From the NCBI GenBank assembly GCA_036502245.1, contig DASXYX010000068.1, positions 4,190 to 68,189 on the forward strand: DNA of 64,000 bases, written 5' to 3'. The translations under genes and the position numbers were made by a program. Every line of letters starts with the position of its first letter. The stretch's first letter is position 1. Positions 35,194 to 41,635 of this stretch are shown in pieces. The notes under the pieces were generated by a model. That model worked only from the letters and a program-made list of their open reading frames with translations. It was not told the DNA's origin and did not search any database. The DNA comes from Verrucomicrobiia bacterium. GTDB lineage: Bacteria; Verrucomicrobiota; Verrucomicrobiia; Limisphaerales; UBA11358.

Positions 35194-35553
35194 ATGTCCG
35201 CGCCATATCCATACCCTAAACTTGAAGAGGACGGCTATGATTTGGAAGTTGTCGAGCAAGCTGATGCTCAGAGTCATGCGTTTTTGCGATGCCCGATTCC
35301 TGAAGACGTTGTTCGATATGCTGTAAAACCTGGCGACGTTGTAAAATTGATATTTAGATACAAAGAGCACGTTGTGAAGAATGGGCAGACATTCACCGCA
35401 GAGCACATGTGGGTGAGGGTTGTTGAGACTGGAGGCGCATTCGTTGTCGGTACACTCGACAATTCGCCGCAGTTTACAACAATACTCAAGGCCGATGATG
35501 AAATTCATTTTCATCCGAAGCATATTATTAGATTTTGGAACGATGCGGTCTGA
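35194..35553 (+). CDS. Hypothetical protein (possibly DUF2314-like) in an AT-rich patch
   Basis: 119-aa ORF. EHMWVRVVE...VGTLDNSP......D.I.F....II loosely resembles DUF2314. Surrounding DNA (about 35080-35640) is visibly AT-rich. Confidence 0.45.
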   Translation: MSAPYPYPKLEEDGYDLEVVEQADAQSHAFLRCPIPEDVVRYAVKPGDVVKLIFRYKEHVVKNGQTFTAEHMWVRVVETGGAFVVGTLDNSPQFTTILKADDEIHFHPKHIIRFWNDAV

Positions 35554-35663
35554 TGCCGCGCTGAAGCCAGCGTTGGCATCATCACTTCGCCCTTTCACAT
35601 TTCCTAACCCCATTCCGTTCTTGAACGTCCCTATTTCTCGTGTAGATTCTTCCGGCTCAAATT

Positions 35664-36836
35664 ATGAATTATAAAATTTCGAAAGCTGCCGCGTCGCTGT
35701 CGCCATCGCTCACTCTGGTGATCGATGCCAAAGCCAAGGCCATGAAGGCTGTCGGCGAGGACGTCGTCGGTTTCGGCGCGGGCGAACCGGATTTTGATAC
35801 ACCGCAACACATCAAAGACGCCGCGGCCAAGGCCCTGGCCTCCGGGTTCACCAAATACACGCCCAGCAGCGGTATTCCCGAACTGCGCGAAGCCATTGCG
35901 GACAAATTCAAGCGCGAGAACGGTCTTACTTACAAGCCGTCCCAGGTCATCGTTTCCTGCGGTGGCAAGCATTCCTGTTTCAACGTCATCGTTGCCACGT
36001 GCGAAGCCGGCGATGAAGTCATCATTCCCGCGCCGTACTGGTTGAGCTATCCCGAAATGGTCAAGCTCGCTGGCGCCAAGCCCGTCATCCTGCAAACTTC
36101 GGACAAGACCGAGTTCAAGATCACGCCGCAGCAATTGCGCGCGGCCATCACGCCCAATACCCGGCTGTTGATCCTCAACTCGCCGAGCAACCCGACCGGC
36201 TCCGTTTACACGCCGGAAGAGGTCAAAGCCATCGGCGACATTTGTGTCGAGAAAAACGTCCTCATCATGAGCGATGAGATCTACGAACATCTGCTTTATG
36301 ATGGCGCGAAGGTCAAGAGCGTTGCGAGCTTTTCGCCTGAACACCAGGCGCACACCATCATCGTCCACGGCTTTGCCAAAGCGTGGAGCATGACCGGTTG
36401 GCGTCTCGGTTTCCTCGCCGCGCCGGAACCGATTGCGAAAGCCATCGACGCTGTGCAAAGCCACAGCACCAGCAACCCAACTTCGTTCGCCCAAAAAGGT
36501 GGCGTTGCCGCACTGACCGGGCCGCAGGATCATTTGCCCAAATGGCTTGCTGAATACGACAAACGCCGCCGTTACGCGCACCAGAAACTGAACTCCATTC
36601 CCGGAGTTACTTGTGTGAACGCCAAAGGCGCGTTCTACCTGTTCCCGAACATTTCAGGCACGGGACTCAAGTCTGCCGATTTCTGCGCCAAACTGCTTGA
36701 AGCAGAGAAGGTGGCCGCCGTTCCCGGCATCGCTTTCGGCGCGGATGACTACATCCGTTTGAGCTATGCCACCGGCATGGCCAACATCGAGAAGGGCCTT
36801 GATCGGATTGAGAAGTTTTGTAAGAGCCTGAAATAG
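35664..36836 (+). CDS. Class I pyridoxal-phosphate-dependent (aspartate) aminotransferase
   Basis: FGAGEPDFDTP, YTPSSGIPELREAI, NSPSNPTG and the PLP-lysine region FAKAWSMTGWRLGF. Confidence 0.9.
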   Translation: MNYKISKAAASLSPSLTLVIDAKAKAMKAVGEDVVGFGAGEPDFDTPQHIKDAAAKALASGFTKYTPSSGIPELREAIADKFKRENGLTYKPSQVIVSCGGKHSCFNVIVATCEAGDEVIIPAPYWLSYPEMVKLAGAKPVILQTSDKTEFKITPQQLRAAITPNTRLLILNSPSNPTGSVYTPEEVKAIGDICVEKNVLIMSDEIYEHLLYDGAKVKSVASFSPEHQAHTIIVHGFAKAWSMTGWRLGFLAAPEPIAKAIDAVQSHSTSNPTSFAQKGGVAALTGPQDHLPKWLAEYDKRRRYAHQKLNSIPGVTCVNAKGAFYLFPNISGTGLKSADFCAKLLEAEKVAAVPGIAFGADDYIRLSYATGMANIEKGLDRIEKFCKSLK

Positions 36837-36840
36837 TCGG

Positions 36841-37039
36841 AGCGGCAGCCCGGCAGTATATGACTTGGTAAAGCAGTGCAAAAATGTCAGCTTGGCAGCA
36901 CTGCCAAAAAAATCCGGGAATTAGTCCAGTTTGCTGCCGAAGTGTCAGCCCGGCAGTATGCGACCTGGTTAAAGACGGCGCAGAAATGCCAGCCCGGCAG
37001 GGCTGTTGGAAATTAGCCGGGGATAACATCCCCGGAAAA
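36841..37039. repeat. REP cluster upstream of the Y1 transposase, ending in the left inverted REP
   Basis: Repeated cagcccggcagtat(a/g)(t/c)gac(t/c)tgg units. The terminal tggaaattagccggggataacatccccggaaaa (37002-37039) is the reverse complement of 37572-37610. Confidence 0.8.
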
Positions 37040-37082
37040 CGTCCGAAAGAAATATGCGCCCTGAAAGGGCGCGGGAATAATC

Positions 37083-37529
37083 ATGTCCTCAACCCATTTG
37101 AGTTTGCATGTTCACGCTGTGTTCGGCACGAAGCACCAACGTCCTCTCATTGCCGCCGATTGGAGGCCGCGGCTCCATGCCTATCTCGGGGGCGCGGCGA
37201 AAACTCTCGACGTTATTCCCGAAGCTGTTGGAGGTGTGGCAGATCATGTCCATTTATTGATCGGGATTCGCGCTACGCATCAACTGGCGGATGTGATGCG
37301 CGATATAAAACGAACTTCTTCGGCCTGGGTCCATGAGACTATTGGTGATCGGCAATTTGAATGGCAGGATGGTTACGGCGCGTTCAGCGTCAGCGCGTCG
37401 ATGCTGGAAACGGTCAGAAATTATATCGCGCAACGGGAGGAACATCACCGCAAGAAAACATTTCAGGAGGAGTATTTGGAATTTTTGAAATTAAGCGGGG
37501 TGAAATATGATGAACGCTTTTTGTGGTGA
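37083..37529 (+). mobile_element. IS200/IS605-family Y1 (HUH) transposase, REP-associated (RAYT-like)
   Basis: 148 aa. LHVHAVFGTKHQRP, the HUH motif in DHVHLLIG, and the catalytic Tyr region QDGYGAFSVS. Flanked by inverted REP hairpins rather than typical IS200 ends. Confidence 0.85.
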
Positions 37530-37571
37530 CTTCCCTCGCCCCTGCCGGGGCGAATCATTTTCGTATGCTGC

Positions 37572-37610
37572 TTTTCCGGGGATGTTATCCCCGGCTAATT
37601 TCCAGCAATC
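37572..37610. repeat. Right inverted REP flanking the Y1 transposase
   Basis: ttttccggggatgttatccccggctaatttccagca. About 33 nt are a perfect reverse complement of 37007-37039. Each copy contains the hairpin ccggggat-n3-atccccgg. Confidence 0.85.
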
Positions 37611-37766
37611 CTTCGGATTGCCAAGGGTTTGATCGCCGCTCGTGAGATGAATGGTTTTTGTGTCCGATTTCATTTCTGCTAATGCCTGACCTTCGGTGCC
37701 TTGGTTTCGAATTTATTTCGATTTTCTGGCGAAAACGCTTGTGAAGTAGTTTTGATCTTCGACCGC

Positions 37767-37795
37767 AAAAACCCCGGGAAACCGGGGTTTTTTGC
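37767..37795. terminator. Rho-independent terminator-like hairpin (bidirectional shape)
   Basis: aaaaaccccgg-gaaa-ccggggttttttgcg: a GC stem flanked by an A-run and a T-run. Confidence 0.5.
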
Positions 37796-37883
37796 GTTTT
37801 CAGCCTGTGAATAAAAATGTGAATAAAAGTTCACATTTTTGACACATGGCTGTAACAAACGTGAAATAGAGTTACCCTGCGGT

Positions 37884-39896
37884 ATGAAAAAAATTCTCAT
37901 TCTTACTGCCGGATTTGGAGACGGACACAACGCTGCCGCGCGCAATTTGCGCGAGGCGATCGAGATGGCCGATGAGGACGCGCGCGCCGAGGTGCTCGAT
38001 CTGTTCGCCGACAGTTACGGCGCCTTCAACACACTCGCGCGAAAAACCTACCTTGGGATGGTCGCCTATACGCCGAGGCTCTGGGGGCAGTTTTATTCGC
38101 TGCTCGAAAACCCCCTCGTCGAAAAGCAGCTCGGCAATTTCACGCGACTGCAGGTGACGATGGAAAAGATCCTCGCCCAGACGCAGCCGGATTGTGTCAT
38201 CTCGACATACCCGGTCTATGCGCACGTCATCAAAAAAATTTACGCCAGCCACCACGAACGTCCGTTTAAGTTCATCACCGTCGTCACCGATTCCATCACT
38301 ATCAACTCCGCGTGGTTCCGCGCGCCGAGCGATTATTTCTGCGTCGCCAACGAGGCCACCGCCGAAGTCTTGATGCAAGGCGGCGTCGCGGAAAAACAGA
38401 TCAAGGTGTTCGGTTTTCCGGTCAGCCCGCTTTTTGCGGAAAATCCCAACGAGCTTCCACAACCCGTCGGCGAAGAAGCCCGTCGCGTCCTTTACATCAT
38501 CAACACCGGCAAGAAGAAAGCCGGCAAAGCGATCGACCGCTTGCTGGAGATCGACGATGTGCATTTGACCATCACCGCTGGTCGCGATCCTGAGCTTCGC
38601 GCCAAATTGATCGAGCGTACTCGCGACCAGGAACATCGCGTCAAAGTTCTCGGATGGACGAACCAGATCCCTGAATTGATGATGTCACACCACTTGGTCA
38701 TTAGCAAAGCTGGTGGCGCGACCGTGCAGGAGGCCATCGCTGCCCGCTGTCCAATGATCGTCAATCAGGTCATTCCCGGCCAGGAGGAAGGCAACGCGGA
38801 ATTGATCCAGAAATATAACCTGGGCGCGGTCGTCGAGAAAAATAAAGAGGTCGCCGAAGCCGTGGAATTGGCTTTTGAGAAACGCGCGACCCTTTGGAAT
38901 GAATGGCGGAAAAACTTGAAGAAGATTTCACGTCCGGACGCCGCCATGAAGATCGCCGAATTGGTCCTGGAGGAATCCGATGACACATTTCCCGGTCGGG
39001 CGGTGAAGTTGTTTGAAGCTGCGCCCGAACGCGTCATGCGTTCCGCGCCGGTGACAGCCGGAAGCGGAAATGGAAATGGCCACGGAAGCGTCGGTTCCAG
39101 TGGCGCGCAGATGTTGCTCTGCGATTTTCATATTCACACCAATTATTCCGACGGCAAATTGTCCGTGCCGGAGGTCATTGATTTCTACGGTGAACGCGGA
39201 TTCGATTGCATCTGCATCACCGACCATTTGGCCGATCCTAAACGTTTGTTGGGGAAATTGTCCGAACTGTCCAACCTGACCCTCGCCCAGGAGCAGATCG
39301 GCGAATATTTTGCCATCATCGAGCGCGAACGCCAGCGCGCCTGGCGTCGTTACAAGATGCTCGTCATGACCGGCATTGAGTTCAACAAAGATGGTTACAC
39401 GCGGAAGACTTCCGCGCATCTGTTAGGCATCGACATGAAAGCGCCCGTTTCGGCCTCGCTGGAGATCCCGGAGATCATTGAGAAACTCCATGAGCAGGGG
39501 GCGCTCGCCGTCGCCTCGCACCCGCACCTCTTCAAGAGTGAATGGGGCAAGAACACGCTGTATCTCTGGGAGAACCAGGAGAAATTTGCGCCGTTGCTCG
39601 ATGCCTGGGAGATCGCCAACGGAAACAATATCTTCAACGACATCGGACTTAAACGCCTGCCGTTCATCGCCAACAGCGATTTCCACAAGCCCAAGCACAT
39701 CTATTCGTGGAAAACCCTCATCCATTGCGAGAAAGACTACGAGGCTATCAAGGACTGCATCCGCCGCAACGAACACGTCGCCATCACTCTCTATCGCGAT
39801 TTCGCCGGCGCCGCGAAGCAGGCCAAACACGGCTTTGAATCGTCTGTGCCCAGCCTCTTCCAGGAACGCATCCCGCTCGATGTGGTGAATTCGTGA
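37884..39896 (+). CDS. Fusion protein: MGDG-synthase-like GT28 glycosyltransferase plus C-terminal PHP phosphoesterase domain
   Basis: N-terminal ILILTAGFGDGHNAAARNL and ...ISKAGGATVQEAIAARCPMIV...PGQEEGNA (UgtP/MGDG-synthase-like). C-terminal CDFHIHTNYSDG...CICITDH...ASHP (PHP motifs). Start taken at the internal ATG before the conserved N-terminus. Confidence 0.8.
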   Translation: MKKILILTAGFGDGHNAAARNLREAIEMADEDARAEVLDLFADSYGAFNTLARKTYLGMVAYTPRLWGQFYSLLENPLVEKQLGNFTRLQVTMEKILAQTQPDCVISTYPVYAHVIKKIYASHHERPFKFITVVTDSITINSAWFRAPSDYFCVANEATAEVLMQGGVAEKQIKVFGFPVSPLFAENPNELPQPVGEEARRVLYIINTGKKKAGKAIDRLLEIDDVHLTITAGRDPELRAKLIERTRDQEHRVKVLGWTNQIPELMMSHHLVISKAGGATVQEAIAARCPMIVNQVIPGQEEGNAELIQKYNLGAVVEKNKEVAEAVELAFEKRATLWNEWRKNLKKISRPDAAMKIAELVLEESDDTFPGRAVKLFEAAPERVMRSAPVTAGSGNGNGHGSVGSSGAQMLLCDFHIHTNYSDGKLSVPEVIDFYGERGFDCICITDHLADPKRLLGKLSELSNLTLAQEQIGEYFAIIERERQRAWRRYKMLVMTGIEFNKDGYTRKTSAHLLGIDMKAPVSASLEIPEIIEKLHEQGALAVASHPHLFKSEWGKNTLYLWENQEKFAPLLDAWEIANGNNIFNDIGLKRLPFIANSDFHKPKHIYSWKTLIHCEKDYEAIKDCIRRNEHVAITLYRDFAGAAKQAKHGFESSVPSLFQERIPLDVVNS

Positions 39897-39948
39897 AGTG
39901 CTTAAAAGTTGCGAAGATTTATTCAGCCGCCGGAGGCGGCAGATTTAG

Positions 39949-40115
39949 CTCTCCCTCACCCAACCCTCTCCCCATGGAGAGGGCTTTTACGGATTCCGCC
40001 TTTCAAAATATGAAGACCTGAATCCATCGAATGGTCTATAAGTAAACCGGAAAATATTCTTTAGCTTTTCCCTCTCCTGGGGGAGAAGGTCAGGATGAGG
40101 GCGAGCTTTAAAAAC
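39949..40115. repeat. Two family-A-related hairpin repeats in opposite orientation
   Basis: gctctccctcacccaaccctctccccatggagagggc (39949-39990, reverse orientation) and ttttccctctcctgggggagaaggtcaggatgagggcgagc (40066-40115). Confidence 0.6.
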
Positions 40116-40226
40116 GCTCTTCATTTAAAATCCGATTCCGTTTGTTCTTGTCGATGGTTGGTTCTAACAGGATTCTATTCGCACAGGCAATGCCAGGTGC
40201 AAATTGCCGATGGATTATTTAGCAGG

Positions 40227-40394
40227 ATGACTTTCAATAACATATTAACGATTATCATGGGACTTACGTTTATAGCGATGGGCTTATCAATTCGCAAAAG
40301 GAATCCACAAGGAAAATGGATGATGTTCGTTATAGGTGGAATAATTTTCCTCTTAGTTGGCCTCGCTGCGGTGTTTTTTGGTTTTAATACTTAA
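40227..40394 (+). CDS. Possible small two-TM membrane protein
   Basis: 55-aa ORF MTFNNILTIIMGLTFIAMGLSI...FVIGGIIFLLVGLAAVFFGF. AT-rich with no recognisable family. Confidence 0.3.
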   Translation: MTFNNILTIIMGLTFIAMGLSIRKRNPQGKWMMFVIGGIIFLLVGLAAVFFGFNT

Positions 40395-40445
40395 GGCGCG
40401 TCTTTGCTTCGATTAAGGGCTATCTTCATTTTGCCAAATTATTCG

Positions 40446-40511
40446 CTCAAAAAATCCCTCTGCAACCTCTGCATCATGTCACTGACCGCCAGCATCAATT
40501 TCCCGCGCCGC
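40446..40511. repeat. Direct duplication copy A (orphan copy of the ykgJ 3' end)
   Basis: 66 nt, 61 of them identical by eye to 41130-41195. On the minus strand it encodes ...GKLMLAVSDMMQRLQRDFLSE*, compared with ...GKLMLAVDDLMQRLQKDFLR* in the intact gene. Confidence 0.85.
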
Positions 40512-40567
40512 GCGGCGAAATACATGAAGACTTGCCAAAACATGCGACAACGCCGATATTTGGCTGC

Positions 40568-40813
40568 ATGAGCATTGCTGCTGAAAAAGTGGCCGAGATG
40601 CTGGCCCTTCCAGAGCCGGACCGGGCGTATCTGGCCCGACAACTTCTTGCCAGCCTCGATGACACTGTGGACGCGGACGCCGAGGAGCGATGGAACGAGG
40701 TCATTGACCGGCGTTCCCGTGAGATGGCCGAGGGGCAGGTAGATACCCGTTCGGAGGAAGAAGTGATAGAGGGCATTCGAGCCAAACTCCATGCGCGTCG
40801 TCAGACATGCTGA
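40568..40813 (+). CDS. Type II antitoxin ('addiction module component' family)
   Basis: LALPEPDRAYLARQLLASLDD....AEERWNEVIDRRSREMAEGQV resembles the TIGR02574-type addiction module component. It overlaps the toxin gene. Confidence 0.7.
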   Translation: MSIAAEKVAEMLALPEPDRAYLARQLLASLDDTVDADAEERWNEVIDRRSREMAEGQVDTRSEEEVIEGIRAKLHARRQTC

Positions 40814-41090
40814 AGTTCCCCAGGAATTGGAAGTAGCGGCGCTCTGGTATGAGGAGCGGCAACCGGGACTCGGTGTTGATTTCCTTGAGGAATATCAAGC
40901 TGCGTTGCGTCGTATCCTCGATGAGCCGAAACGCTGGCGCATAATCCGGGGCGACAGTCGCAAGCTTAACTTTCATCGCTTTCCCTATGCCATCGTCTAT
41001 AGCGTGGAGGCCGATGCGCTTTATGTCAAAGCCGTGATGCATCTGCATCGCCGCCCGTTTTATTGGGCGCGCCGCCTGCCTTCGGCCTGA
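40791..41090 (+). CDS. ParE/RelE-family type II toxin
   Basis: 99 aa. A..ELE.AALWYEERQPGLGVDFLEEY...L..I...P......G..R.....RFPYAIVY......L.V.AV.H..R.P pattern of the ParE/RelE plasmid-stabilisation toxins. Confidence 0.75.
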   Translation: MRVVRHAEVPQELEVAALWYEERQPGLGVDFLEEYQAALRRILDEPKRWRIIRGDSRKLNFHRFPYAIVYSVEADALYVKAVMHLHRRPFYWARRLPSA

Positions 41091-41125
41091 CGGTCAACCT
41101 CGCTGCGGTAAGCGTGCGCTACCCA

Positions 41126-41635
41126 TTACCTCAAAAAATCCTTCTGCAACCTCTGCATCAAATCATCGACCGCCAGCATCAATTTCCCGCGCCGCTTCGC
41201 TTCCACTTTGTCTGCCAGATCAATCGGCTCATTCATGGTTTGCGTGTAACGTTGGTTTAAAGCCAATTGCTCGTCACCTTGGCCGGATGTGCGCAATAAC
41301 CTTTTCACCTTTTGAACGAGAACTTTGGCCCCCGAAATTTTTCCCAATGCCGCGCCCGCCGTCATTTTGCCTGCTTCAACACGTTTCAATAAACCACACT
41401 CAAACAACCGGCAACGCTTCGGCCTGTCCGCGTAAATTTTACATAGCTTGCCATCGAAACACGCGCACGGTTGGGCAAAAGCGATTTTTGTTTTGCCTTT
41501 CTTGTGAAGCGATAACCCGAGTTTCTCCAATCGCTTTGCATCGTCACCCTTGCGCAATTCCACATCTGCGAACAGTGTGCCGTCGCAGCACAGGCCGCAG
41601 TTCGGGCAAAGTTGTTCGACCGCATTCATCGCCAC
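41126..41635 (-). CDS. YkgJ-family cysteine-cluster protein
   Basis: CPNCGLCCDG..F and CACFDGKLCKIYADRPKRCRLFEC motifs (UPF0153/YkgJ). Its last about 22 codons are duplicated at 40446-40511. Confidence 0.75.
   Translation of the reverse strand: MAMNAVEQLCPNCGLCCDGTLFADVELRKGDDAKRLEKLGLSLHKKGKTKIAFAQPCACFDGKLCKIYADRPKRCRLFECGLLKRVEAGKMTAGAALGKISGAKVLVQKVKRLLRTSGQGDEQLALNQRYTQTMNEPIDLADKVEAKRRGKLMLAVDDLMQRLQKDFLR

Noticed and set aside
40439-40792. 117-aa minus-strand ORF overlapping the antitoxin gene
   Set aside because: Only its last about 22 codons are meaningful, being the duplicated ykgJ 3' end. The rest is antisense to the antitoxin gene and has no start context, so it is treated as a remnant and not a gene.
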